DNA of 53,292 nt from a virus (lineage: Duplodnaviria > Caudoviricetes), in the IMG/VR virus record IMGVR_UViG_3300020442_000769, positions 1 to 53,292 of that record; one strand, written 5' to 3'. Shown here piece by piece: positions 39,524-48,893 of this stretch; the first letter of the stretch is position 1; each line of letters opens with the position of its first letter. The notes beneath the pieces are model-generated. The model was given only the letters and a program-made list of their open reading frames with translations, made no database searches and was not told the DNA's origin. Made by a program: the position numbers and the translations under genes.

Positions 39524-40528
39524 ATGAGTGGTCTAGTATTTGAAACAATTTTGGCTCATTTGCCCGCCAAACGCAAAACGACACCAAGTGGGTGGACATC
39601 GTTCAATGCCCCTTGTTGTATCCATAATGGAACCACTCAAGATACTAGACAACGAGGCGGGTTAATCACAAACGCAGATGATGGCGTAAGTTATCACTGT
39701 TTCAATTGTGGCTTCAAGGCATCTTGGGCCAAAGGTAGAAAACTTTCATATAAAATGAGAACTTTCTTACAATGGCTCGGTGCCTCTGATGATGTAATAA
39801 ACAAACTAGCATTACAAGTTTTACAATACAGTGAACAAGCAAGTCAAGAACTTATTGTTGAATTACCAAAGTTTAAAACTGTTGAATTGCCAGAAGGTGC
39901 GAGACCAATTAGTCAATGGGACGATTGGCAGGCATTAGAATCAACAGGTGCAGATGAAAACTTGGTTAAGATGTTTGACTATATACATTCAAGAGGATTG
40001 AATACAGATGATTATACATTCTATTGGACACCAAAGATAGGATATAGAGATAGATTAATTATTCCTTTTATGTATGATGATGAAGTTGTTGGATATACTG
40101 CAAGGAAAATTAATGGCGGTAGTCCGAAATATCTAAGTGAACAACAGCCTGGTTATGTGTTTAACTTTGATGCACAAAACTATAATAGACTTTTTACAAT
40201 AGTTATGGAAGGTCCATTAGATGCAATAGGCGTAGATGGTGTTGCATTACTTGGAAGTGAAGTCAAAGATCAACAGGCACTACTCCTAAAAACTTTAAAT
40301 AAAGAAGTAATACTAGTTCCTGACAGAGACGAAAATGGTAAACATCTAGTTGAACAAGCAATGGAACTAGGGTGGTCAGTAAGTATGCCTGAGTGGACAG
40401 AAGATATAAAAGATGTAAATGATGCAGTGATCAAGTATGGTAAAATATTTACACTACACTCAATTGTCAATGCAAAAGAATCTAACGAACTAAAAATTAA
40501 ATTAAGGAGCAAACAATGGTTTGGTTAA
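39524..40528 (+). CDS. DNA primase (gp61-like)
   Basis: Zn-binding PCC...YHCFNCG, RLIIPF, GYTAR, TOPRIM MEGPLDA and PDRDENG, KDVND. Confidence 0.92.
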   Translation: MSGLVFETILAHLPAKRKTTPSGWTSFNAPCCIHNGTTQDTRQRGGLITNADDGVSYHCFNCGFKASWAKGRKLSYKMRTFLQWLGASDDVINKLALQVLQYSEQASQELIVELPKFKTVELPEGARPISQWDDWQALESTGADENLVKMFDYIHSRGLNTDDYTFYWTPKIGYRDRLIIPFMYDDEVVGYTARKINGGSPKYLSEQQPGYVFNFDAQNYNRLFTIVMEGPLDAIGVDGVALLGSEVKDQQALLLKTLNKEVILVPDRDENGKHLVEQAMELGWSVSMPEWTEDIKDVNDAVIKYGKIFTLHSIVNAKESNELKIKLRSKQWFG

Positions 40529-40638
40529 AAAACATACTTTGCTATCCGATTAAAAAATATAAAAAATGGCAAGAGGATAGAAAGTTTAAAAAGAAAATAA
40601 AGGAACTTCAAAAGAAAGATCCTTTTATATACAAGTAA
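40516..40638 (+). CDS. Small basic protein (40 aa)
   Basis: Hand-found MVWLKNILCYPIKK...ELQKKDPFIYK*; TAAGGAG SD; TAATG-coupled to the next gene. Confidence 0.65.
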   Translation: MVWLKNILCYPIKKYKKWQEDRKFKKKIKELQKKDPFIYK

Positions 40639-40877
40639 TGGATGATATGAGACTTCCGCACGAAACAGAAAAGACCTATAGGGAAATAGAAGAACTATGG
40701 AACAAGTACATCTTAGAACAAGGTCTTGATCCTTTAGAACTTGCAGGAATATTTACTGCTATTGCTATGAAGTCATATAAAGCAAATTTATCACCAGAAG
40801 ACTTTGATGCTATAATGGAAGAGATATACGTAACAAAAGATTACACAGTAGGAATGAAAGGACCAACAAAACACTAA
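40638..40877 (+). CDS. Hypothetical protein
   Basis: Coupled ORF. Confidence 0.6.
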   Translation: MDDMRLPHETEKTYREIEELWNKYILEQGLDPLELAGIFTAIAMKSYKANLSPEDFDAIMEEIYVTKDYTVGMKGPTKH

Positions 40878-41533
40878 TGACAGATTATATTAGACCCTTT
40901 GGACCAACAATCTATCGTGCTGAGATGGATAGTGAAGAACTTGCTATGTTTACAAAATGTGCAGAGTATTCACTTGAAGAACCACAACCACATGGACAAC
41001 AACTTGCAGGTAATATTGCAAAACAATATCAAGCGAAGTTTGAGGACAGAGAAAAGTTTATGTCATTTGTACACAAACACGTTTCTGCTTTTACAAAATA
41101 TGAAATGGAACGTGCTAATGAATTATTAATTAATCCTGTGAATACAGATGTTGATTGGAAACAAATGTATTTTAGTTTACACACAGGACCTTGGATAAAC
41201 TATCAAGAAGCAAACGAATTCAACCCAATACATAGTCACAATGGTACGTTAAGTGCAGTAATTTATATAGACGTGCCAAAAGAAATACAAGAGGAAGCCA
41301 ATGACGGTTTGCCTACTAATATGAGATGCCCAGGCCAAATAGAATTCCTATATGGGTCTGACGTTGTAGGGTCAAGTGGTACACATAAGATAATACCAAA
41401 GACTGGAGATATATTACTCTTCCACGCAGGACTTAAACATCAAGTTTATCCTTTCAAGTCGAATGTCACTAGAGTAAGTATGTCGTTTAATGTATTTGAC
41501 ATTCGCTATGGAAGGGAGGTAAAGGATGACTGA
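40877..41533 (+). CDS. 2OG-Fe(II) oxygenase (TIGR02466-like)
   Basis: PFGPTI, WIN.Q...EFNPIHSH...LSAVIY, L.HQVYPF, RVSMSFN. Confidence 0.85.
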   Translation: MTDYIRPFGPTIYRAEMDSEELAMFTKCAEYSLEEPQPHGQQLAGNIAKQYQAKFEDREKFMSFVHKHVSAFTKYEMERANELLINPVNTDVDWKQMYFSLHTGPWINYQEANEFNPIHSHNGTLSAVIYIDVPKEIQEEANDGLPTNMRCPGQIEFLYGSDVVGSSGTHKIIPKTGDILLFHAGLKHQVYPFKSNVTRVSMSFNVFDIRYGREVKDD

Positions 41534-41762
41534 AATTAGAAACGGTATATTTAATGTTACTTCTAAGATGGCACAATCATCTTTCGGGTTAGCAATAATT
41601 TATACACTAGGCCATATTGTAATCGCGGCTTCTGTTGTTACACTTGTAACAGGAGCAAGTTGGTGGGAAGCAGGTACAGTTGCACTTATTGAGCCGGCAA
41701 TTAATGGCGTATGGTTTTATGTTTTACACAAAATTTATACTAAACTAAAGGAGAAAAAATAG
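41526..41762 (+). CDS. Small membrane protein (DUF2061-like)
   Basis: [10 protein letters not shown]...TGA....[17 protein letters not shown]. Confidence 0.6.
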   Translation: MTEIRNGIFNVTSKMAQSSFGLAIIYTLGHIVIAASVVTLVTGASWWEAGTVALIEPAINGVWFYVLHKIYTKLKEKK

Positions 41763-41763
41763 T

Positions 41764-42348
41764 ATGTCAACACTAATACCTATGGTAGTTGAGCAAACTA
41801 GTAGAGGCGAAAGAGCCTATGACATTTATTCTAGATTGTTAAAAGATAGAATTATATTTGTTACAGGTCCTATTGAAGATAACATGGCGTCTAGTATTTG
41901 TGCCCAACTATTATTTTTAGAAGCAGAAGATAAAAATAAAGATATCAATATGTATATTAACTCGCCAGGTGGTATGGTAACCGCTGGGTTGGCTATGTAT
42001 GATACAATGCAATATGTTAAACCAGATGTTAAAACAGTTTGTATTGGATTGGCCGCAAGTGCAGGTTCCTTACTATTAATGGCAGGTGCAGAAGGAAAAA
42101 GAATTAGTTTACCTAACAGTAAGATTATGATTCATCAACCTAGTGCAGGCTTTAGAGGACAAGCAACTGATATCGAGATCCATGCTAAAGAAATTTTAGA
42201 AACTAAGAAAAGACTAAATGAAATTTATGCTAAACACACAGGCAAACCATATGAAGAAATTGTTGATGCTATGGAGCGAGATAATTTTATGACACCTGAA
42301 CAAGCGGCAGAGTTTGGTCTTATAGATAGTATTGTGGAGAAAAGATAA
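41764..42348 (+). CDS. clpP: ATP-dependent Clp protease proteolytic subunit
   Basis: [25 protein letters not shown] (Ser), MIHQP (His), ERDNFM (Asp). Confidence 0.97.
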   Translation: MSTLIPMVVEQTSRGERAYDIYSRLLKDRIIFVTGPIEDNMASSICAQLLFLEAEDKNKDINMYINSPGGMVTAGLAMYDTMQYVKPDVKTVCIGLAASAGSLLLMAGAEGKRISLPNSKIMIHQPSAGFRGQATDIEIHAKEILETKKRLNEIYAKHTGKPYEEIVDAMERDNFMTPEQAAEFGLIDSIVEKR

Positions 42349-43337
42349 TGGTTGTATGGGGAATGGTAGGTAACAGTCACGATGCCAGCCTAGCAGTTTT
42401 CTTAGATGGAAAACTTGTATGGGCCAGTCTTGCTAAAGACTTTAGTGATGTACCAAACGACCCTAAACATAGTTGGACACAGATAGAAGCCGCTAGGCAA
42501 AGTTTTGGTCCACCAGATAAAGTTGTTTGGTATGAAAAGCCGATACTTAAAACTTTGAGACAGTATTGGGCAGGACAAGGTTGGTTGTTAAATGAAAACA
42601 ACATTAAAAAATATCTTGCTCAATGGGATATTGATGTGCCTGTAAAATATATTCAGCATCATGAAAGTCATGCCGCATATGGTTATTACACATCAGGAAA
42701 ACTAGATGCTTACGTAATGTGTTTAGATAGCATAGGAGAGTTTGAAACATTTACTTTATGGCACGGTAAAGGTAATAAACTTAAAAAGATTTATTCACAA
42801 AGATATCCACATAGTGTTGGATTATTTTATAGTGCTATGACAATGCGTTGCGGATTTAAACCTAATGCAGAAGAATATAAAATTAGTGAACTAGCAAAAC
42901 AAATCAGTATTACAGAAAACTTACCTTTAATTAATGATGTAATCAAAACATTTATTGATGGAGATTTAAGTGGTAAGATGCCTGGCATACATTTCAAAGT
43001 TAATTTACACAAAGGTGCAAATTGGTACAAGCCTGATCTTACAACTGAAGACGATATGATTAGACTAGCCAATGCTACTCAAAGTGTTTTTGAAATGATT
43101 GTTATGTCAAATTCAAAATGGTTAAAGAACCAAAACTACTCAGCAACCAGAGACATGATAGTCACAGGTGGTTGTGCGTTAAATAGAGATGCGATGGATA
43201 GATTGCGTACTGAATGGAAAAGTGTTTGGGTACCACCAAATCCAGGAGATCCAGGAAGTTGTGTAGGTGCTGTTTTGGCAATGAACAAGAAACATATTGA
43301 CTTTAATTCTAATATATGGTATAATAATGACAAGTAA
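42348..43337 (+). CDS. Carbamoyltransferase (NodU/CmcH) N-terminal Kae1-like domain
   Basis: SHDASLA, YEKP, HHESHAA, DSIGE, PHSVG.FYS, GGCALN, PGDPGSCVGA. Confidence 0.85.
   Translation: MVVWGMVGNSHDASLAVFLDGKLVWASLAKDFSDVPNDPKHSWTQIEAARQSFGPPDKVVWYEKPILKTLRQYWAGQGWLLNENNIKKYLAQWDIDVPVKYIQHHESHAAYGYYTSGKLDAYVMCLDSIGEFETFTLWHGKGNKLKKIYSQRYPHSVGLFYSAMTMRCGFKPNAEEYKISELAKQISITENLPLINDVIKTFIDGDLSGKMPGIHFKVNLHKGANWYKPDLTTEDDMIRLANATQSVFEMIVMSNSKWLKNQNYSATRDMIVTGGCALNRDAMDRLRTEWKSVWVPPNPGDPGSCVGAVLAMNKKHIDFNSNIWYNNDK
43297..43325 (+). promoter_or_regulatory. sigma70-type promoter upstream of the helicase
   Basis: TTGACT-N17-TATAAT with TGn. Confidence 0.6.
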
Positions 43338-43491
43338 AGAAATAAAAGAATTAGAAAAAAAGATTGACAAACTGCAAGAAACAGTTGAACGTCTTGAAAA
43401 CAAATTGAATAAGCACATTGATTTTATTGATGATACATATGAAGGTTTACGCAATCCAATCAATGCCGCAAAGAAATGGTTAGGTAGATGA
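43327..43491 (+). CDS. Small coiled-coil protein
   Basis: Heptad pattern; ATGA overlap with the helicase. Confidence 0.55.
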   Translation: MTSKEIKELEKKIDKLQETVERLENKLNKHIDFIDDTYEGLRNPINAAKKWLGR

Positions 43492-44918
43492 AGCAAAACG
43501 TTGACTACGGATTTGATATACAGAAAACATATTTAGAAATGATGTTGAGTGATGCACAAACATTTGTGCGTTGTCAAGGTATATTTGATCCAGAAAACTT
43601 TGATCGTAAACTTGCTCCAGCGGCTGAGTTTATACATAAGTTTGTACAAGAACACAACGTATTGCCTACAGAACAAATTGTAAATGCAAACAGTAAAGTA
43701 AAATTAGAAGTTCCTAAAGGACTTAATGAGCAACACTATGATTGGTTATTAAGTGACTTTGAAACATTTAGTAGACACAAAAGTTTAGAACGTGCTATTC
43801 TACAAAGTGCTGACTTGCTTGAAAAAGGTGAGTATGGTCCAGTTGAGCAAAAGATTAAAGAAGCAGTACAAATAGGATTACAAAAAGACTTAGGTATTGA
43901 TTACTTTGATGATCCTAAAGGTAGACTTACAGGACTAAAAGATAACAACGGTCAAGTAAGTACTGGTTGGGAAAGTTTAGATAAGAAACTGTTTGGCGGA
44001 TTTAACAAAGGTGAACTAAACATCTTTGCAGGTGGATCAGGTGCAGGTAAGAGTTTGTTCTTAGCAAACTTAGGTGTCAACTGGGTGCTGAACGGAATGA
44101 ATGTTGTATATCTAACATTAGAATTAAGTGAAGCCTTAGTTGCTATGAGATTAGATAGTATGATGACTGATGTTCCAAGCAGAGAAATATTTAGAGATTT
44201 AGATGGTGTTGAAATGAAAGTTAAACTTGTTGGTAAGAAGGCAGGTGCATTTCAGATCAAATATATGCCAAGTGGTAAGACAGCAAATGACATTAGAAGT
44301 TTTGTAAAAGAATATGAAATTAAAACAGGCAAAAAGATTGATGTATTACTAATTGACTACTTAGACTTGTTGATGCCAATGAGTAAGAAAGTAAGTCCAA
44401 GTGATTTGTTTGTTAAAGATAAGTTTGTATCTGAAGAACTTAGAAACTTGGCAATGGAACTACAATGTATATTTGTAACTGCATCGCAGTTGAACAGAGC
44501 AAGTGTTGAAGAAATAGAATTTGATCATTCGCATATTGCAGGTGGTTTATCTAAGATACAAACTGCTGACAACGTGATTGGTATCTTTACAAGTAGAGCG
44601 ATGCGTGAACGTGGTAGATATCAGATACAACTTATGAAAACTAGAAGTAGTTCTGGTGTAGGTGCAAAAATAGATTTAGAATTTGATATTGATTGTTTAC
44701 GTATTAGAGACTTGGCCGAAGATGAAGACTATCAAGAATTTAATAAACGTAAGAGTACAATTTATGAAGGACTTAAACGTACAAGTGTAACTAATGGTGA
44801 AGCAGAAACAGATACTCCAAAGGAACCAACTGAAGGTGATACAGTAGGCAAAATAACTGCACAGACAGACTCAACTAAACTTAGACAGTTCTTAAATAAT
44901 CTTGATGACGAGGAATAG
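43488..44918 (+). CDS. Replicative DnaB-like helicase (gp41-like)
   Basis: STGW..LD, AGGSGAGKS, TLELSE, IDYLDL, TASQLNR, QLMKTR. Confidence 0.93.
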   Translation: MKQNVDYGFDIQKTYLEMMLSDAQTFVRCQGIFDPENFDRKLAPAAEFIHKFVQEHNVLPTEQIVNANSKVKLEVPKGLNEQHYDWLLSDFETFSRHKSLERAILQSADLLEKGEYGPVEQKIKEAVQIGLQKDLGIDYFDDPKGRLTGLKDNNGQVSTGWESLDKKLFGGFNKGELNIFAGGSGAGKSLFLANLGVNWVLNGMNVVYLTLELSEALVAMRLDSMMTDVPSREIFRDLDGVEMKVKLVGKKAGAFQIKYMPSGKTANDIRSFVKEYEIKTGKKIDVLLIDYLDLLMPMSKKVSPSDLFVKDKFVSEELRNLAMELQCIFVTASQLNRASVEEIEFDHSHIAGGLSKIQTADNVIGIFTSRAMRERGRYQIQLMKTRSSSGVGAKIDLEFDIDCLRIRDLAEDEDYQEFNKRKSTIYEGLKRTSVTNGEAETDTPKEPTEGDTVGKITAQTDSTKLRQFLNNLDDEE

Positions 44919-45707
44919 ATGCGTAAAATATATTTCTTCGGAGATAGTTTCACAGTAGACTACCAAACTGATTGGACTTGGACTAGACAAGTCGCACAAA
45001 GACTAAACGTAGATGGTCTAGTTAATCACAGTATGATAGGAACCAGCAACGATTGGATCCTAATGCAACTCCGAGATAATTTAAAAGATATAACATCAAA
45101 TGATATTGTTATAGTTGTATTAACAAGTTTATATCGCTATTGGTTCTTTAAAGACAAGCCTGAACTATCAAACTATATGATAGGTAATTGGGATAACTTT
45201 GCAAAGCAAACAGGTGATAAGAGTCAAGTAGATGCAGTAAAGGGTTACGTTACTCACTTACAAAGAGACGATTTAGATCAGTTTAGATTCCAACAACAGG
45301 TTGCATGGCTCAAAGGAACACAGAAAAGTTATGGCTTTGATATGTTAGTAATACCTGGATTTACTATGGACATAGACTACTCAGGTATGATACCTGTCAT
45401 AGGAGATATGACTGGGAGTGTTAGTAACGGAGAATTTAAAACTGCAAAAGATGATGAGAAATGGTATAGTGATGGTATTGATACTAGATACAATCATATG
45501 CTACAAGACAATCATACTATAATGGCAGACAAAGTCGTAAACAGTTTATTAACAAAAGCACCATTAGACTTACAAGTAGGATTCAACAGATTTATACTTG
45601 AAGGACACGAACGACTTACACACAAACAAATAGGACCTAAACTAGTACAAACCAGCAACGACCTTTACGGCGAATCAGATAAGAAAGGTGGCCATTGGTT
45701 AAAATGA
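44919..45707 (+). CDS. SGNH/GDSL-like hypothetical protein
   Basis: FFGDSF, GTSN, NH near the C-terminus. Confidence 0.55.
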   Translation: MRKIYFFGDSFTVDYQTDWTWTRQVAQRLNVDGLVNHSMIGTSNDWILMQLRDNLKDITSNDIVIVVLTSLYRYWFFKDKPELSNYMIGNWDNFAKQTGDKSQVDAVKGYVTHLQRDDLDQFRFQQQVAWLKGTQKSYGFDMLVIPGFTMDIDYSGMIPVIGDMTGSVSNGEFKTAKDDEKWYSDGIDTRYNHMLQDNHTIMADKVVNSLLTKAPLDLQVGFNRFILEGHERLTHKQIGPKLVQTSNDLYGESDKKGGHWLK

Positions 45708-45877
45708 GTGAAGAAGAAGTAAACAAAAGATTGAATAGAGAATATCCAAAACTGTTACAAGCAGTACATTCACCAATGCCCGAACAACGTAAGAAGGCAG
45801 TGGTGTATAAGTTTATTGAAACGTTACAGGATTTAGCAAAGGCGGTAGATGGTAAAAGTAATGACTGTAAGACCTAA
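45704..45877 (+). CDS. Hypothetical protein
   Basis: Coupled ORF. Confidence 0.55.
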   Translation: MSEEEVNKRLNREYPKLLQAVHSPMPEQRKKAVVYKFIETLQDLAKAVDGKSNDCKT

Positions 45878-46064
45878 GATTAAACAAAGAATGGATGTGC
45901 TACAACACTGGATGGAAGAAAACTATCATCTAAAACGCCCTGAAGTTGTAGAAGAACATATACAAACTATTACAAAGTTTTGGTCAGTAATGTCTGAAGA
46001 AGATCAAGATTATATAGAAGGTGCCAGATACGCCATTGAAAATAAAACAGTTTGGTCAAAGTAA
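45861..46064 (+). CDS. Hypothetical protein
   Basis: Overlapping ORF in the operon. Confidence 0.55.
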   Translation: MTVRPKIKQRMDVLQHWMEENYHLKRPEVVEEHIQTITKFWSVMSEEDQDYIEGARYAIENKTVWSK

Positions 46065-46136
46065 TTTGTCCAAAATCTAACACCCATAGTTTTTTGATTG
46101 GTAAATAATTTTACTTAGGCTTAACAAGGGAAAACT

Positions 46137-47780
46137 ATGCAAACTGACTTAGACAACATACAAAGGCTGTTAGATAGATTTAAAAGAAAAGTACCAGAAG
46201 GCACAGAATATCAAACACGTCTGACAGAAGAATTCGAACTTATACTTAATCAGAGATTCACTGATTACTTTCTACAAATATGCGATATCATTGATCTTAC
46301 CAAAGACCTTACACACATGACTCGTGGAAGTGCTGGTAGCAGTTTAATCTGTTACCTACTAGGTATTACTGATGTTGATCCAATCAAATGGAATATACCA
46401 GTAGCACGTTTTATGAATCCGTTACGTGATGACTTACCTGACGTAGACATAGACTTTGAACATTGGCGTCAGCATGATGTAATGGAACGTATATTTAAAA
46501 AGTGGCCAGGCAAGTCTGCAAGACTTTCTAACTATGTAACTTACAAAGAAAAGAGTGCAAGACGTGAAGCGGCTAAACGTTTAGGCGTTACAGGTAACTT
46601 ACCACGTAACTTTAAATACGAAAACTTAGGCATTGATGTTAAAGAAGCAAAACGTATAGAGAAAAAACTGTTAGGCAAGAAAAGAGCAATATCAAAACAT
46701 TGTGGAGGCATCGTTATGTTTACTAGGCAATTACCTAAATCATTAATATCACAAGACAATCAAATACTATTAGACAAGTATGAGATTGAAGACTTAGAAC
46801 ACTTAAAGGTTGACATATTAGCAAACAGAGGTTTGAGTCAACTGCTAGAAATAGATTCAATTACAAAATTAGAACACTATCCAGAGACAGATGAAAAGAC
46901 AAGTGCGTTACTATCACGAGGAGATGTGCTAGGTGTAACACAAGGTGAGTCGCCAGCCATGCGAAGATTATTTAGAGCGATACAACCTAAGTCAGTATAT
47001 GACTGTGTGTTTGCAACTGCAATGATACGTCCTGTTGCAATGAGTGGTAGACAAAAAGCAAGTATGTTTCAAGACTGGTCAAAAGAAGCAGTACAGGATT
47101 CAGTAGTGTTTGAAGATGATGCTATTGATATTATATCAGATATCATTGGTGTAGATATGTACGAAGCAGATATGTATCGTAGAGCATTTGCAAAAAAGAA
47201 TGACGAAAAAATATTAGAGTTTGTTGAGAAGTTAGGTAATCACCCACGTAAACAAGAAGCCATGGCCGCACTACAAGAACTATCAGGGTTTGGATTATGT
47301 AGAGCACACGCAGTAAACTTAGGTAGACTTATATGGGCATTAGCATATCATAAAGCACATAACCCAGAAGATTTCTGGAGAGCAAACCTAAAGCATTGTG
47401 AAGGATCATACAAACGTTGGGTATATCAATGTGAAGCACATCGTAGAGGTATAGATACTAAACCAGGTTGGTGGCAAAGAGGATTTATTAAAAATTGTTT
47501 TGTTAAGCAACAGTGGTTAGAACGTGTAGAGTTTGCAGGTGTGATTGCTAACGGTCGTGTGTTTAAAGGTAAGAACGGCAAGTACGTTACATTTGTTACA
47601 CTAGGTATAAATTACGGACAGTACATAGACGTAACAATACAAAAGCCATTTGGATACAGAGATGGAGATATCATACACGGCACAGGTGTAATAAGAAGTA
47701 GCAACAACAGTGACTACATACAAAGCACTGATGCAAAACTTTTTACACTTTCTGAATGGACCAATAAACGTACCGTTTGA
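46137..47780 (+). CDS. Compact DNA polymerase III alpha (DnaE)-like, lacking PHP domain, 547 aa
   Basis: RGSAGSSLICYLLGITDVDPI, RFMNP.R...PDVDIDF, SKHCGG, KVDIL, GVTQGES, AMIRP, AHA; OB-like C-terminus. Confidence 0.9.
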   Translation: MQTDLDNIQRLLDRFKRKVPEGTEYQTRLTEEFELILNQRFTDYFLQICDIIDLTKDLTHMTRGSAGSSLICYLLGITDVDPIKWNIPVARFMNPLRDDLPDVDIDFEHWRQHDVMERIFKKWPGKSARLSNYVTYKEKSARREAAKRLGVTGNLPRNFKYENLGIDVKEAKRIEKKLLGKKRAISKHCGGIVMFTRQLPKSLISQDNQILLDKYEIEDLEHLKVDILANRGLSQLLEIDSITKLEHYPETDEKTSALLSRGDVLGVTQGESPAMRRLFRAIQPKSVYDCVFATAMIRPVAMSGRQKASMFQDWSKEAVQDSVVFEDDAIDIISDIIGVDMYEADMYRRAFAKKNDEKILEFVEKLGNHPRKQEAMAALQELSGFGLCRAHAVNLGRLIWALAYHKAHNPEDFWRANLKHCEGSYKRWVYQCEAHRRGIDTKPGWWQRGFIKNCFVKQQWLERVEFAGVIANGRVFKGKNGKYVTFVTLGINYGQYIDVTIQKPFGYRDGDIIHGTGVIRSSNNSDYIQSTDAKLFTLSEWTNKRTV

Positions 47781-47807
47781 TCTCAAGTTGATAAATATAC
47801 TTTTAGT

Positions 47808-48071
47808 ATGCAGAGACGTAATACTAAAAGATTCCACATAAGCGGGTCTTCCATGCCAGACGTTGAACTGGTAGCAATTATGGATAAGGCCCTAAAGAGT
47901 CCTTCGTCCTCCGTTTACAAAGTCAAAGTTGAAAACCAAAGATGGGACCGTCAGTACAAAATACTGTGGGCCGATCACATCAATACAATCGATCATTGGA
48001 AGCCGTTTGTTTACAAATACAACAAACGTTCTGATGAGTTTGTCTTCTATAAAGAAAGGAAAAAGAAATGA
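47808..48071 (+). CDS. Hypothetical basic protein
   Basis: GATAAATA at 47790; ATGA overlap with the next gene. Confidence 0.55.
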   Translation: MQRRNTKRFHISGSSMPDVELVAIMDKALKSPSSSVYKVKVENQRWDRQYKILWADHINTIDHWKPFVYKYNKRSDEFVFYKERKKK

Positions 48072-48883
48072 CACAACTAATCGAACCCTCAAAGTTTACT
48101 TCTACCGTTGGCCTTTTAAGGTCATTTTTTTTGGATAAAGGATTTGAAGAAGTCCATACACAAAATAGATTATCTATATTAGCGGCGTGTGAAGATCCAT
48201 TTAATGTAGCAACTTACAACTACGCAGGCCAGGTATGGCCCTTGCCCCAGACAGGCCAGATGTGGCTAGAATACGAGTTACTTACACGCCCCTCTTCGAA
48301 GGGGTTTTTTTGTGTCTCCACTTCCTATAGACAAGAGCCTAATGCAATCCCAGGTAGACATGATATAATATTTCCTATGTTTGAATTTGAAATGCCAGGT
48401 AACATAGATGATCTAAAGAAGATGGAATATGAACTATGCCAACACTTAGGTTTTAAAATGCCAACTGAAAAAACTTATGCAGAGTGGCAAAAAGAATATG
48501 GAACAGATGGTGAACTAACAGCAGAGCATGAAGGTAAAATGTTTAAGGAATATGTAACAACAATGATTACAGACTTTCCGGAGTTTACAAGTCCATTCTG
48601 GAATATGAGTAGATATGAAGATGGTGTAACAAGTAAAAAGATAGATGTTATACTAGGAGGCATGGAAACAATAGGATCAGCAGAACGTTCAACAGACGTA
48701 GAACAAATGCGTGATACATTTCACACAATAACAGATGGTGCTTACAGTAACTTGCTATACGATAAGTTTGGCAAGGATAGAGTAGAAGCAGAACTAGAAG
48801 AATTTCTAGCACATGATTTCTTTCCAAGAGTAGGTGGAGGAATAGGTATGACTAGAATGATTAGTGCATTAGACACTATCTAG
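48068..48883 (+). CDS. Class IIb aminoacyl-tRNA-synthetase-like catalytic domain only (AsnRS/AspRS-like; alternatively archaeal-type asparagine synthetase)
   Basis: Motif 1 LRSFF..KGFEEVHT, motif 2 SYRQE....GRH...F.MFEFE, ETIGSAER, motif 3 GGGIGMTRMI; no N-terminal OB anticodon-binding domain. Confidence 0.85.
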   Translation: MTQLIEPSKFTSTVGLLRSFFLDKGFEEVHTQNRLSILAACEDPFNVATYNYAGQVWPLPQTGQMWLEYELLTRPSSKGFFCVSTSYRQEPNAIPGRHDIIFPMFEFEMPGNIDDLKKMEYELCQHLGFKMPTEKTYAEWQKEYGTDGELTAEHEGKMFKEYVTTMITDFPEFTSPFWNMSRYEDGVTSKKIDVILGGMETIGSAERSTDVEQMRDTFHTITDGAYSNLLYDKFGKDRVEAELEEFLAHDFFPRVGGGIGMTRMISALDTI

Positions 48884-48893
48884 TTGTTTGTAA

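Noticed and set aside
13955-47780. Inteins or introns in terL, uvsX, helicases and DnaE
   Set aside because: Proteins are normal length or shorter with contiguous motifs; no splice-junction signatures.
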